A stretch of DNA of 64,000 nt from IMG/VR virus record IMGVR_UViG_3300046507_000407, one strand, 5' to 3'. This document shows, piece after piece, positions 35,341 to 46,310 of this stretch (position 1 is its first letter; each line of letters opens with the position of its first letter). Source of the DNA: an uncultured virus (IMG/VR IMGVR_UViG_3300046507_000407). Lineage: Duplodnaviria > Heunggongvirae > Uroviricota > Caudoviricetes > Schitoviridae. The notes under the pieces are model-generated. The model was not told the DNA's origin. It made no database searches and worked only from the letters and a program-made list of their open reading frames with translations. Both the position numbers and the translations under genes were made by a program.

Positions 35341-38300
35341 TAGTGGCTGAAGATATTCACCCACGGGTTGAGCATCGGTGCATGGGCGATCTGTCCCATC
35401 CCGAAGCTGAACGACAGTTGCCCATCGGCCAGTTTCGTGAAGATGTTGTCCGAGATCGGTGTACCGATGGAGCCAAGGAAGGAAGGCGCCGGGGCCAGTC
35501 CGGCCAGCAGTGCATGCACCGGATTGTTGCGGATCATCGAGAGTGCCACCTTGGCCGAGCGGATCTTGAAGTTGTAGAACCACAAGAGACCCATCGATTC
35601 GGTGTAACCCCGAAAGCGACCCGGCAGACGGTCATAGTTGACGTACTCCTCCGTCACCCGGGCCAGTGCATATTCCCTGCTCTTGCGCTGACGCTGGGTG
35701 AGATCGTCATACAGGATGGCCTTGGCCAGGAAGTCCCCGTACTCGACTGCCGTCTGCATCCCCTTGAAGAGCGCCGTATCCTTGGTGATCAGTGCATAGC
35801 GGCCCGCCGTCCTGATGCCCGGAGGCAGCTTGTCGACCAGACCCTCGATGTACGAATGCAGGCGCCCCGACGTCAGTTCCACTTCCTCAGCCGTGGCCTG
35901 GCCGTCGGAGATCGCACTGAACTCCCCTGCCTGGATCAGCGGCCAGATCGAGAGCCGCTTGTGGCTGTCCTGGATCGAGCGGATCTCGGCACCCAGCTTG
36001 CGCTGGGCGATCACGTCACCGCGGCCTTCTGCAGCACGCAGCTCCGCATCGGCTTCAATGCGGCGCAGCTCCGAGGCCACATAGGCTTTCACCTCAGCAG
36101 TCTTCTTCGGCATGCCCGTGATAATCGCCTTCAGCGGCACACCGCGGGAGGCCAGCTGGTAGCCGTTGGAAATCAGGTTGGCCACCGGCACCACCACCGA
36201 CTTGACCACGATCATCGTCTTCACGTCACCGACGAAGTTCTGGAAGGTCTTCTCGGCATTGACCATGTACTCATAGGCCTTGTTGCCGAACACCGACATC
36301 GCCATGCGCTGCACCTGCTTCTGTGCCGCATCACTCCAGCGGGAGTTGCCGGTCCACGCATCACCCACCGAGGCCGAGCGGTAGCCCAGTGCATCGTTGA
36401 GCATGTCCCGGCGCACGTAGAACTGCTTGCCGAACTTCTGCTCGATCTGCTGACGCATCTGCGGAGTGATCAGCCGCACGGCATCACGCAGCACCGGATC
36501 CTTCGCCCATTCGCGTTTGTCGAACACGTCGATGTAGCGCGACTGGTTGCCGGCCGACTCGTTGATGTCAGTCGTGTGCATGTCAGCGAGCTTGTCGATC
36601 AGCTGGTTGTTGTAGTCCGCGGCCAGCTGCTCCTCGACCTGACGGCCACGCCACACACCCAGCATCTGGTGCAGCTGCGAGTTGAACTGCAGCTTGCTGT
36701 TCACGATCTGCGAATCCAGTGCACGCTCATAGGCCACCACTTCACCGGTCTCGTCGAACACCGGCATCAGGTGTTCACCGGTCTCCATGCCGGTCATGAT
36801 GACAGCCTGTGCACGCTGGACTGCCTTCGGATCCGTGATCCGGCCGGCAGAGGCCATCTGCGAGTAGCCCGAGGACACATCCACGCCACCGGCCGTCTGC
36901 CGCACGTTCTGCAGAATGCCCTGCTGGAATGCCTGACGGCCACTGACCGGCTGGAAGTAGTAACCCTTCTTCGTGCGGCCGGTCTCAGCATTGCTGCCCT
37001 TGTAGTCACCCAGGCGCACGTAGGACTGACCCACCAGTCGGGCGTACTCCGAGTCATCGGCAACGATGAGGGAAGAACCTGCCTGCTGGACCTGCGGGAT
37101 GTAGCCCTTGAAGTGATTCAGAAGCGCACGGTCATTGGACTGGGCCTTGGTCATTTCATCCACACGCTGACCTTGCAGGTAAGACAGTGCGAACTTGATG
37201 CCCTTCTCTTCCTGCACAGTCAGGTTGAGCAGCTTCACCTGTTCTTCCTGGCTCATCTCATTGAGCGCATAAAGCGAGGTGAGTTGGTCCACAGCCTTGG
37301 TGAGTGCCGGGTCAACCTTACCCACCAGCCACTTCGGCGTACCTGCCATCCGGGCAATCGCTGTTGCGTTGCGCAGAAGGTTCGATGCAGTCTCCCCCGT
37401 CATCATGTAGTGGGCGAGTTCCTTCATCTTCTTCTGACGGAAGTCGAAGTTCGGCTTGTCGAGCGACCTGATCTCAGCTTCCAGATCCTTGATCTTCGCA
37501 TCGCGTGCCTTGCTGTCCTTGAGCATGTCGAGCACTTCGCTCTGGCTCATGCCCTGAACCAGGGAAGCCAGATCCGAGCGGCCCATGCCCTTGTGCAGCA
37601 GATCCCACTCCTGCTCGGTGAGCGTGCGGCCGAACTGCTGCGCGATGATGGTCGGCACTTCCTCGCGGAACTGCTGGCGCATCTTCTGGATCATCGAGCG
37701 CACGGTCTTGATCATGTCGTAGACCTGCGCATTCGAGGCTACCCGGCCGATCATGTCGTGCACGAGATCGGTGAAAGGCTTGAACGCCTGGATCCGGTTG
37801 GCATAGGTGAGCATGCCCTCTGCCACCAGTCCGGCCTGGTCCTCATTGACGATAGCGGCGAAGAGCCGGGTTGCAGCGGCCGCCGTCTTCGTCAGCCTGT
37901 TGTCGAACTTCGCATCGAGCGCTTCAGCCTTGTTCACCGCTCCCTGGGCCAGTGCGTTCATTCCCTGGATCATGTAGTCGTTGGCCGAGTCGACCAGACC
38001 ACCACTGTTCTTCAGGTACAGGTCCAGTGCCGTCTGGCGTTCCTGGGCGATGTCGATGAACCGGTTGCCCAGTGCATCCATCGCAGCGAGCACGTCTTTC
38101 GACTTGCCCTCTCCGGAGATCCGGCGACCGAGCGAGTCGAGCACGTCGGTGGCCAGATTCTCCAGTGCCCGGTCCACTTTCGATTCCGCCTTCGAGCGCT
38201 CCTGCTTCTCGACAGCGATCTTCGCCAGCACACCGCGGAACTGGTCGTTGGTCATGGAGAGAGCGACGAACGTCGGCAGCAGCGTCGAGCGCCCTGCACT

Positions 38301-41300
38301 GTCCATCTCCGCAAAGAGATCGCCGCGGATCGCATCGACCTTCTGCTGTGCATCGTGACGCCGCTGGTTGGCATCCGGCTCGTTCGGATCCTCCATCATC
38401 GTGGCATCGAGATGCTGGTTCACCTGGCTCCAGAGCTGCTGCATACGGGCGAGCACGTTGGGATCGAACGAGGCTTCGGTAGCGAGGCCGGCGACGATCT
38501 TGCCGAACGTGGTCTTCTCCTGCAGCGACATCGGGAACACGGTCGAGAAGCGCTGGGCCATCTCGGTACCGAGATCCTGGGCGACCACCTGGCCGACGTA
38601 CTTGCGACGCAGCACTTCGCGTACATCACCCTGTGGTGCTGCAATCCAGTTCGTCACCGTGCGGTCGAACGTGTCATCGAGTTCGGTGAGCCGGTCGTTG
38701 TTGCCGTACTGGGTGTTCTGGAAGAGCACCGTGTCCTGCATCACCTGGTGCAGTGCCGGCTGCGAGGCCATCACCACCTGCGTGTTGAACAGCAGGTTGC
38801 TGAACATGTCACCTTCCGGTGCCACCGGCTTGTCCTTGCCGAACACCAGCTGACGCACGAGATCGACGACGCTGCGGGCCATCTTCACGAGCCAGTGAGC
38901 ATCGACCCGCTTCTGAAGCAGGGCGAGCTGCGTGCTGGCCAGACCCCAGGCCATGTACTCGTTCAGTGCTGCGGCCTTGCGCTCCGCTTCACTCAGGGCC
39001 GGGTTGTTCAGTGCCTGACTGATCGCTGCGGCCGCATTGTTGTACGCCACCTGCATCGCACGGGGCAGCGCATCAATACCACCTTCCTGGTCCTGAAGCC
39101 CCACGAACTGCTGCATCAGCACTTCGAGGTTCTGGATCGCTTCACGGGTCTGCACCGGCGTCTTGCCGAGGTCATTGCCACTGTAGAAGTTCAGCACCGT
39201 GCGGAAGGTCGAGGCGTGGATCAGCTCGTGCGCGAGCGTCTCCGCCGACGGCGACACCAGCCAGATCTCCTGACGGCCGGTCAGCGTGAAGCCCTGCACG
39301 TTCTCGTCCGTGAGGCGGCTGGCGTCGATCATGTTCGCACCGAGCGAAGCGTTGTAGGCGAGCAGCTGCGCACGGGTACCGTGCACGATCTGGTAGCCGT
39401 CGGCCGCCAGTGTCTTCTGGATCGACTGCAGCACGATCGCCTGATCGCGGGGAACCTTCTTCATCACTTCGCGGATGAGGCCGTTCACCGACTGCGTACC
39501 CACCACGCGTGCACCGCCTGCCCGCTCCTGACCGTACTTCGCCAGATCGGTCGGGACCGCCTCAGCCTTGGCCGGGTTCTTCTTCTCACTGGCTCGCAGC
39601 CTGTCGAGCTCTTCCTGCGTGATCTCGCTCATGCGCTGGGCGATCTGCTCCGGCGAGCCGACGACCATTTCCTTCTCGGTCACCCGGTACGGGGAAGCGG
39701 CAGCGGCCATCTGGTCCACCGACACGTTGACCCGGTCCATCGCACGGTGCCGGGCCTCGACTTCGAGCTGTGCACGGGCGAGCTGCTGCTGTACCGCTTG
39801 CAGCTCCTCAAGCACCGCTTCAGGCGGGAACTCCTTCAGCTTGCCGGGCTCTGCTGCCCGGGGACCGAACAGTGCCCGTACCAGATCCTTGTGCAGGTCC
39901 GAGCCTTCGGTCACCTGGGTGGCCGGCAGGTTCTGCATGAACGTGTCGAACGAGGTGGAGACTGCCTTGAGCGGATTGCCCATCCACGTCTGCCACACTG
40001 CCTCGTTGGCCTGCTCGGAGCCCGCACCGATCTGGTCCAGTGCCAGGTGGATGCCGTCGAAAATCAGCAGTCGGCGGGGATCGGTCTTCGGGTTGTTGGA
40101 GAACGTCTGGATCATCCTGCCGTCGCCCATGCCGATGTTCAGCGAGGCGACACCGGCCACACCGATGTTGCCCGGGCCATAGACGGTGGCCGGTACCCGG
40201 AACGAATCGTCCAGTGCGGCTGCAAAGTGTTCGCCGGCGAGACCGACCTGATTCCTGCCCGACATATAGAACGTCTGGCCCGGAGCCTCAATCAGCGGAG
40301 CCAGGGAAGACAGACTCTTGCGCACGCCATCGAGCTCACGCTGCGACAGGAAGTCACCGTCCCTGAAGGTCGGGTCCGACTTCGCACGCTCGGCCAGTGC
40401 CTGCTCGACACCGCGTTCGAACAGGTGTTGCAGCACAATCGACTGCACCTGCGTGGCGGTCTTGACCATCTCCATCGACTGGAAGGTCGAGTCGCCCACC
40501 ACTTCGGTGATCGACTTGCGCATGTCGTCGACAAAGAACTTGCGGATGTTCTTCTGCATCGCCTGCAGGTCACCCGAGCCGAACGTGAAGTCTTTCAGAT
40601 CCTGGTTCAGCGGCTTGTTGCTGGTGCGTTGCAGCGTCACCTGCTTCTTCGACGGATCGTACTCAGGTGTGAACGAGCGCAGTGCCTTGAGCGATTCAAG
40701 GAACTGGTCGTTCTTCACCTTCTGCTCAGGTCCGAAGATCTCGGCCTTGTCCCAGCCGTTCTGCATCGCCGTGGACATCTGGCTGTAGAGCGCCTCGGTG
40801 AGCATGCCCACGATCTTGTTCGCAATGCCGTTCGCACCCGAGGCGTACATCGTCACCGTCAGCGGGTTCTTGGCGATGTCGCGTTCCATCTCGACCTGAT
40901 CGCCACCGTCGAACCTGATGACCTTGTCGCCCAGCAGGATGTTCATCAGGTGCAGCACATGCCGCATCTGCCCCTTCATCTCCGGAGAGATATCGGGACT
41001 GGTCAGGTTCGCTGCAATGCGGCCGTTCAGGTTGCTGGAGGTTGCCTTGTACAGATCGACCGGATCGATCTTGCGCTGGACCGTGGAGTTCTGGAACGGC
41101 AGGCCACCGAAGTACAGACCGCCCCGGCTCATGTTCTGCAGCCAGGTCGTGTCGGTGGCACCACGGGCAAACATCGCCATGGCCATCACCGGACCATTGG
41201 TCATGCCGTCGGCTTCGAGGTAGAGCTTGGTTTTGAACTTGCTCATGTCCTCACCGGCTTCCTGGGCGTTCAGGAGCCGTGCGTATTCCTTCAGCGCATA

Positions 41301-44300
41301 GAACGTGGCGAACGATGCACCGGAGCCAAGGGAAGCATGGAGTGTGTCCATCGATTCCGGATCGAGCTTGCGGCTCTTCAGGAAGTCACGGAGCACTTCG
41401 ACGGCCGGCGCATACTTGCCGTTCACGAGGTCGAGCATCTTCGACTTCGCTTCACCGTACGGCATGTTGTGCACCTTCACACCGATGCCCTGTGCCACAC
41501 CCAGATCGAACGCACGGATGTGCTCGCCGTCGAGCATGTTCAGCGTCGACTCGGTCGGCAGGATCGCATGACGCACGAGCTTCGAAGCCTGCGGATTGAA
41601 GGCGCCCAGCATCTGGAGTCGGCCCACCTTCGACACGCCATAGCCGTAGCGGATGTCCACTTCATCCGGCTGCTTGCCGGAGTCGAGTGCACGGGCACGA
41701 ACGGCGGCGACCGTATCACGCAGCGCATCGAATGCCGCGGTGATCGAGAGTGCCTGACCTTCCTTCGACTGGAAGTCGTTCCGGTTCAGCTGCTCCTCGT
41801 CAGTCACACCCGGGCCGAAGATCTTCAGCATCTGGTCATGACCCAGTGCATCGTAGAGCTCGACTGTGTCCAGGTCCAGACGATGCACCACGTCCGTCTC
41901 ATTGGCCACCATCTGCTGCTGCTCGGTCGTGAGCTTCACACCCGGATTGCGCATCTGCTCATCCGAGTTCTGCGGCAGGTCACCGTCAAGGTAGTGCGTG
42001 AGTTCGGGCTTGACTGCAATCACCCGCTCAATCGCATCCGGCAGCTTGGCAATACCGTCGAACACAGCGAGCTTCGGTGTCTTCAGCACTTCCACTGACT
42101 GTACGTTCTTCGTGACTTTGGCATCCTTCGACAGGATCTGACCGGTGGTCTTATCCACCTTCATCACGTCCGGTTCGATCAGCTTGCCACCATCAGCGAG
42201 AGGTGTACGGCTCAGGGTGTTCATGATCTGCGCAGCCACAGCCTGTGTGATACCCCGCGTGTAGGTAATGTCAGCGTTGGTATCCGGCACTACACCCCAG
42301 TACGACTGGATCTTCTGGGCCAGGTCCGAGTAGCCGTCGATACGCAGCGTGCCTGACTTCAGGAAGCGCTCCATGTCGCCATTGCCATCGACATTGTCCA
42401 CGTCGATACCGAAGATCGAAGCGATGTCGCTGTTGTCGTAGTGGCTCGACTTGTTGCGCGAACCGAGCAGCCACTGCAGGCCGGCGAGTGCTGCCGACTC
42501 CGCGAGTTGCGGGTTCATCACCAGCTTGCCCTCCTCGTTCTCTTCCACGAGGTTCATCAGCTTGCCGTTGCGGTACCGGTTGATGTCGGCCGTGCCTTCA
42601 TCGAGGTGGGCCTGGTTTGTCTTGGTCCCTTCCTTTTTGCCACCCTTGGCGAGGAACTTCGCAATCTCCGAATTGATGTCGTCGATGATATGCGGCACGT
42701 ACGTGAGCAGCTTGCGATAGGCCCGGCGCACGTCAGCGTCGAATGCCTTGGTGCTCTGGCCCGAGGCCTGACCGAACGCATGTTCCGAGGCCAGTGCCCG
42801 GGTCACTGCCTGCAGCGGATGCTCTTCGCCGGCGAGCTTCGTCAACGGCGCCTTCGGGAACTTGAAGGAGTCGGTGAACTTGTTCCCCGTCGGAAACTGA
42901 ACCAGGGAAGGAAAGGCTGCGCCCAGACCCTGCGTCTGAGTCTCGCCCACCACCTTGTACTTCTTCGCCGGGGCAAAGCTCTTTTCACTGGCTCCCGGGT
43001 TCAGTGTCTTCTCGATCTCGGCAAGACGGGCTTCTTCCTGCTTCGAGAGCGGCGCCTCGATCTTGCGGTTGATCAGGTCTGCACGTTCCTGTTCGAGCGG
43101 GCCGGTTTCGTTTACCGATTCCGCTGGCTTCGTGCCCTGTTTTACTTCATCCTTCGGGGCAGGCTTGTCCGATGTAACTGCAGACGTAACGGGTTGTTTC
43201 GGTGCTTCTTTCTGCACCGCTTCGTTACTAGACTTCGGAGCAGGCGCTTCATTTCCCTTAACCGATTCGGGTGCAGCCGGCTGGTCCTGTTTCTTGCCCC
43301 GAGTGCCGTCAGCGAACTCCTTCGCCACCTTCGACGGGTGAGCATCGGAAAGTGACGGATCCAGAGGTACTTCGCCCAAATGCTTAACACCCAGTTCTGG
43401 AAAAGCCGTTGCCAGCGCATTGTGAATCCCGGTGAGAGCCTGCGTCTCAGCAGCCACCTGCTGAACGAAGCCGATGGACTTGGCCGCTTTCTTGCCCGTC
43501 ACGGTCACACCAAAGGGGTTGACGCTCTTCGTGAAGCCGGACTTGTCCCGACGGGCAGCATCGTAGTGGAGCGCGTTCTGCGGATTCGCATCCCCGCCAT
43601 GAGCAGCAATCTGCGCGTTAACCGCACCGACCTTGTTCTGCTGGCTCTGCACAAATTTCTGGAACCCGAGCAGCGCCGACTTGGCGCCTTCGAGATCGTT
43701 TCGACCATACGCATCCCGAACCGCCTGCATATGCTCAAGCGCCGACTCGCCACCTTCTGGCGATCCCTGGTTGACCGTCACCTGCTGGCTGACCAGATCG
43801 GCAGCTGACTTCAGCCCCGTCTTCGCCAGCTGGTCCTGATACGCCTTCTGTCCATCCAGAATCGCATTGGCCATGCGCAGCGCTGCGCTCTGGTGATTGT
43901 CGAGCTGCACCTTGCCGGCCGCAGCCATGTTCAGGATCAGCTCATTGTTCGTCCGGTTCGAGTGCTGCGGACTGATCGTCGCCGCGGCGATGTTGGCCTG
44001 AACGTTCTTCTGGCCTTCGGGCGTGTTGAACTGTTCCTCAGTCAGATCCGACTTCGAGACCTGTGTAGCCACCTTCTGTGCACGTTCAGGATTGGCCGCG
44101 GTCCTGCCTGCCGGTGACTGCTGGAACGCCGTGACGAGATCGCCCACCTGGCTGGTGAACTGCTTGGCCTCGTGGCTGTCGTCCAGTGCCTTGAAGTCCT
44201 CGCCCTGGATGTGCAGACCGTTCTCACCCAGCAGACCATTGATCGAGTTCGTGAGCGTGCCCAGTGCAATCGCCTGATCTTCTGGCGAGTTCTTGACGTT

Positions 44301-46205
44301 CTTCGCTTCGTTCGCCAGATTCTGGAGGAACTGAATGCGCGAGGTCTGACCTTCCGCTGCCCGCTGAACGACTTCCGGCATATGCGCTACTTCCGCCGGA
44401 TCGAAGTGCACCACACCCTTGGCCTGTTCGACGTAGGAATTGGCTGCGTCCTTCTGTTCCTGGCTCAGATCGGGATGGTTGTTGATCGCATCCGTTGCTG
44501 CTTGCGCTGCTGCCGGTGCGTTTTGCGTGGCTTCCTGTGCAGCGGTCGAGACAGCCTGATCCGAGACTGGCGACTTCGCCTCGTTCTCGGCCATGACCCG
44601 GTCACCACGCTTGCCGGCGAGTTCAGAGGCCTTGCTGCTGATGCCCAGTGCTCCGCGAGTGGTGGCACTCATGATCGAGCCAGGACCGGACACAGCGCCG
44701 GCTGAGGCCATGCCGTACAGGCCACCGAGACCGGCCTGCTCACCGACACCTGCGAGCAGATCCTGGTTCGGATTGGAGGTTTTGCTGGTCGCCACGTTCT
44801 GTGCGAGCTGCCCGGTACCGGACTGGACCGTCTCCTCGACACCTTCCTTCAGGATGTTCTGGCCGAGCTGGCGCAAGGTCGGGATCTTCAGCGGTGCCGA
44901 CTCGAACTTGGCGACAAGTCCTCCCGTGGCCGTGGCCACCGGTGCCTGGATCGCTGCGGCAATCAGACCCGAGCGGTTGGCTACCGTCTTGCGTGCGTCT
45001 TCCTGCAAGGCAGTGACCTGCTCCGGCGTCGGATTGGGGCCGAGCTGTTTCATGCCAGCTTCGACAAGACTGTTGAACATGGGCGAGTTCTTCGCCAGTT
45101 CGTCGAACGGCGTGTTCACCACGTCGGCCGCATTCTGCTGGTAGGCGCCGCCCGCTTCAGTCGCACCGATGCCGGCCATCGTCGCACCTTCATGCGAGAC
45201 AGCACCGATCACCTTTGAGCCAAGGGGAGAAGCAGCAGCCCGGCCAAGCATGGCCGATACACCCGTCGCACCCGAGTCTGCAGCAATGGCGCCTTCAACC
45301 AGTGCCCGCTTGAGTGCTGTGCCGCCCAGCACATTGGCCCCGGCCGCAATGCCCTTGCCGATCGGACCTGCCGTCAGCAGGGAGCCGATACCTTGCGCCA
45401 CACCATCGGAGAGGATCGTTGGATCCGAGACAGCGTTACCCACAGCGGTGGTCGCGTCTTTACCCAGTCGGCGTAGTCCGGCGACGAACGAACCGTCCGT
45501 GCCTTTGGTGTCCTGAAATTGAGCTTCATTGTCCCGGTATCCGAGTTCGTTACGAGCGGCGTTGAGTTGCCGGTGAGCATTCATTCCGTCCGACTGGAAG
45601 TTGTTCTGCACACCTTCATTGAAACTCTTGATCGCACTGGCAACTGTCGTGCCGGCTGTCTTGTTGACGATGCCCGCACCCAGTGCAGCGACACCGCCCA
45701 CCGAGTTGACCACACCCAGACCCACACCTGAAGCGAAGTCACCTGCAGCCTGCGGCAGGGAACGCGTGGCGTTGATGTCGGCCTGAGTCGCACCCTGCGC
45801 CTGCAGCTGCGCATTGATCATGCTCTGCGCACGGTCGTAGCCATACTTTTTGGCCAGATCGTAGGGCGTGAGGCTATTCAGGTCCGCCAGTTCCTGGCTC
45901 GGCAGTGTCTGGTTACCCGTGCCGGAGTTGCGTGCCAGTGTTGCGCTGTACAGCTGATCCAAGGAAGGCAGACCGGTCTGTGCTGCAACCTCTGCCTTCT
46001 TTGCATCAGCCGCCTGGGCGAGGCCGGCTTTCTTCTGGTCCACTGCCGCTGCTACGGTGTCCTGCTTGGTGGGTGTTGCCGGAGCTGCCGGTGCATCAGG
46101 AAGGAAAGGATTGGGTACCGTTCCTGTGACCGGCCCGACGTTCGGGGCAACGCCAGTACCTGCTGTACCCAGGTACTGGTCAAACATCTCTTGCGCGGAC
46201 GGCAT
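35340..46205 (-). CDS. virion-encapsidated RNA polymerase (vRNAP, N4 gp50-like)
   Basis: 3621 aa; SKVGRLQM, LYLEADGMTNGP, RDIAKNPLTVTMY, GMGDGRM, IFDGI; no cysteine seen, as in N4 vRNAP. Confidence 0.96.
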   Translation of the reverse strand: MPSAQEMFDQYLGTAGTGVAPNVGPVTGTVPNPFLPDAPAAPATPTKQDTVAAAVDQKKAGLAQAADAKKAEVAAQTGLPSLDQLYSATLARNSGTGNQTLPSQELADLNSLTPYDLAKKYGYDRAQSMINAQLQAQGATQADINATRSLPQAAGDFASGVGLGVVNSVGGVAALGAGIVNKTAGTTVASAIKSFNEGVQNNFQSDGMNAHRQLNAARNELGYRDNEAQFQDTKGTDGSFVAGLRRLGKDATTAVGNAVSDPTILSDGVAQGIGSLLTAGPIGKGIAAGANVLGGTALKRALVEGAIAADSGATGVSAMLGRAAASPLGSKVIGAVSHEGATMAGIGATEAGGAYQQNAADVVNTPFDELAKNSPMFNSLVEAGMKQLGPNPTPEQVTALQEDARKTVANRSGLIAAAIQAPVATATGGLVAKFESAPLKIPTLRQLGQNILKEGVEETVQSGTGQLAQNVATSKTSNPNQDLLAGVGEQAGLGGLYGMASAGAVSGPGSIMSATTRGALGISSKASELAGKRGDRVMAENEAKSPVSDQAVSTAAQEATQNAPAAAQAATDAINNHPDLSQEQKDAANSYVEQAKGVVHFDPAEVAHMPEVVQRAAEGQTSRIQFLQNLANEAKNVKNSPEDQAIALGTLTNSINGLLGENGLHIQGEDFKALDDSHEAKQFTSQVGDLVTAFQQSPAGRTAANPERAQKVATQVSKSDLTEEQFNTPEGQKNVQANIAAATISPQHSNRTNNELILNMAAAGKVQLDNHQSAALRMANAILDGQKAYQDQLAKTGLKSAADLVSQQVTVNQGSPEGGESALEHMQAVRDAYGRNDLEGAKSALLGFQKFVQSQQNKVGAVNAQIAAHGGDANPQNALHYDAARRDKSGFTKSVNPFGVTVTGKKAAKSIGFVQQVAAETQALTGIHNALATAFPELGVKHLGEVPLDPSLSDAHPSKVAKEFADGTRGKKQDQPAAPESVKGNEAPAPKSSNEAVQKEAPKQPVTSAVTSDKPAPKDEVKQGTKPAESVNETGPLEQERADLINRKIEAPLSKQEEARLAEIEKTLNPGASEKSFAPAKKYKVVGETQTQGLGAAFPSLVQFPTGNKFTDSFKFPKAPLTKLAGEEHPLQAVTRALASEHAFGQASGQSTKAFDADVRRAYRKLLTYVPHIIDDINSEIAKFLAKGGKKEGTKTNQAHLDEGTADINRYRNGKLMNLVEENEEGKLVMNPQLAESAALAGLQWLLGSRNKSSHYDNSDIASIFGIDVDNVDGNGDMERFLKSGTLRIDGYSDLAQKIQSYWGVVPDTNADITYTRGITQAVAAQIMNTLSRTPLADGGKLIEPDVMKVDKTTGQILSKDAKVTKNVQSVEVLKTPKLAVFDGIAKLPDAIERVIAVKPELTHYLDGDLPQNSDEQMRNPGVKLTTEQQQMVANETDVVHRLDLDTVELYDALGHDQMLKIFGPGVTDEEQLNRNDFQSKEGQALSITAAFDALRDTVAAVRARALDSGKQPDEVDIRYGYGVSKVGRLQMLGAFNPQASKLVRHAILPTESTLNMLDGEHIRAFDLGVAQGIGVKVHNMPYGEAKSKMLDLVNGKYAPAVEVLRDFLKSRKLDPESMDTLHASLGSGASFATFYALKEYARLLNAQEAGEDMSKFKTKLYLEADGMTNGPVMAMAMFARGATDTTWLQNMSRGGLYFGGLPFQNSTVQRKIDPVDLYKATSSNLNGRIAANLTSPDISPEMKGQMRHVLHLMNILLGDKVIRFDGGDQVEMERDIAKNPLTVTMYASGANGIANKIVGMLTEALYSQMSTAMQNGWDKAEIFGPEQKVKNDQFLESLKALRSFTPEYDPSKKQVTLQRTSNKPLNQDLKDFTFGSGDLQAMQKNIRKFFVDDMRKSITEVVGDSTFQSMEMVKTATQVQSIVLQHLFERGVEQALAERAKSDPTFRDGDFLSQRELDGVRKSLSSLAPLIEAPGQTFYMSGRNQVGLAGEHFAAALDDSFRVPATVYGPGNIGVAGVASLNIGMGDGRMIQTFSNNPKTDPRRLLIFDGIHLALDQIGAGSEQANEAVWQTWMGNPLKAVSTSFDTFMQNLPATQVTEGSDLHKDLVRALFGPRAAEPGKLKEFPPEAVLEELQAVQQQLARAQLEVEARHRAMDRVNVSVDQMAAAASPYRVTEKEMVVGSPEQIAQRMSEITQEELDRLRASEKKNPAKAEAVPTDLAKYGQERAGGARVVGTQSVNGLIREVMKKVPRDQAIVLQSIQKTLAADGYQIVHGTRAQLLAYNASLGANMIDASRLTDENVQGFTLTGRQEIWLVSPSAETLAHELIHASTFRTVLNFYSGNDLGKTPVQTREAIQNLEVLMQQFVGLQDQEGGIDALPRAMQVAYNNAAAAISQALNNPALSEAERKAAALNEYMAWGLASTQLALLQKRVDAHWLVKMARSVVDLVRQLVFGKDKPVAPEGDMFSNLLFNTQVVMASQPALHQVMQDTVLFQNTQYGNNDRLTELDDTFDRTVTNWIAAPQGDVREVLRRKYVGQVVAQDLGTEMAQRFSTVFPMSLQEKTTFGKIVAGLATEASFDPNVLARMQQLWSQVNQHLDATMMEDPNEPDANQRRHDAQQKVDAIRGDLFAEMDSAGRSTLLPTFVALSMTNDQFRGVLAKIAVEKQERSKAESKVDRALENLATDVLDSLGRRISGEGKSKDVLAAMDALGNRFIDIAQERQTALDLYLKNSGGLVDSANDYMIQGMNALAQGAVNKAEALDAKFDNRLTKTAAAATRLFAAIVNEDQAGLVAEGMLTYANRIQAFKPFTDLVHDMIGRVASNAQVYDMIKTVRSMIQKMRQQFREEVPTIIAQQFGRTLTEQEWDLLHKGMGRSDLASLVQGMSQSEVLDMLKDSKARDAKIKDLEAEIRSLDKPNFDFRQKKMKELAHYMMTGETASNLLRNATAIARMAGTPKWLVGKVDPALTKAVDQLTSLYALNEMSQEEQVKLLNLTVQEEKGIKFALSYLQGQRVDEMTKAQSNDRALLNHFKGYIPQVQQAGSSLIVADDSEYARLVGQSYVRLGDYKGSNAETGRTKKGYYFQPVSGRQAFQQGILQNVRQTAGGVDVSSGYSQMASAGRITDPKAVQRAQAVIMTGMETGEHLMPVFDETGEVVAYERALDSQIVNSKLQFNSQLHQMLGVWRGRQVEEQLAADYNNQLIDKLADMHTTDINESAGNQSRYIDVFDKREWAKDPVLRDAVRLITPQMRQQIEQKFGKQFYVRRDMLNDALGYRSASVGDAWTGNSRWSDAAQKQVQRMAMSVFGNKAYEYMVNAEKTFQNFVGDVKTMIVVKSVVVPVANLISNGYQLASRGVPLKAIITGMPKKTAEVKAYVASELRRIEADAELRAAEGRGDVIAQRKLGAEIRSIQDSHKRLSIWPLIQAGEFSAISDGQATAEEVELTSGRLHSYIEGLVDKLPPGIRTAGRYALITKDTALFKGMQTAVEYGDFLAKAILYDDLTQRQRKSREYALARVTEEYVNYDRLPGRFRGYTESMGLLWFYNFKIRSAKVALSMIRNNPVHALLAGLAPAPSFLGSIGTPISDNIFTKLADGQLSFSFGMGQIAHAPMLNPWVNIFSH

Positions 46206-46258
46206 AGAGTGATCCTTCTTAGATATAAGTTTGAAGTGAAACTTTACCAGTTAACGAG

Positions 46259-46290
46259 CAAAAGCCCCACCCTTTTGGGGTGAGGCTTCA
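46259..46290 (-). terminator. intrinsic terminator
   Basis: On the minus strand AAGCCTCACCCC-AAAA-GGGTGGGGCTTTT. Confidence 0.65.
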
Positions 46291-46310
46291 CTGTCCCTGT
46301 CGGGTTGCAG

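Noticed and set aside
35250..42098. 2282-aa + strand ORF
   Set aside because: Antisense shadow of vRNAP; biased codon usage removes stops on the opposite strand, and the translation has no motifs.
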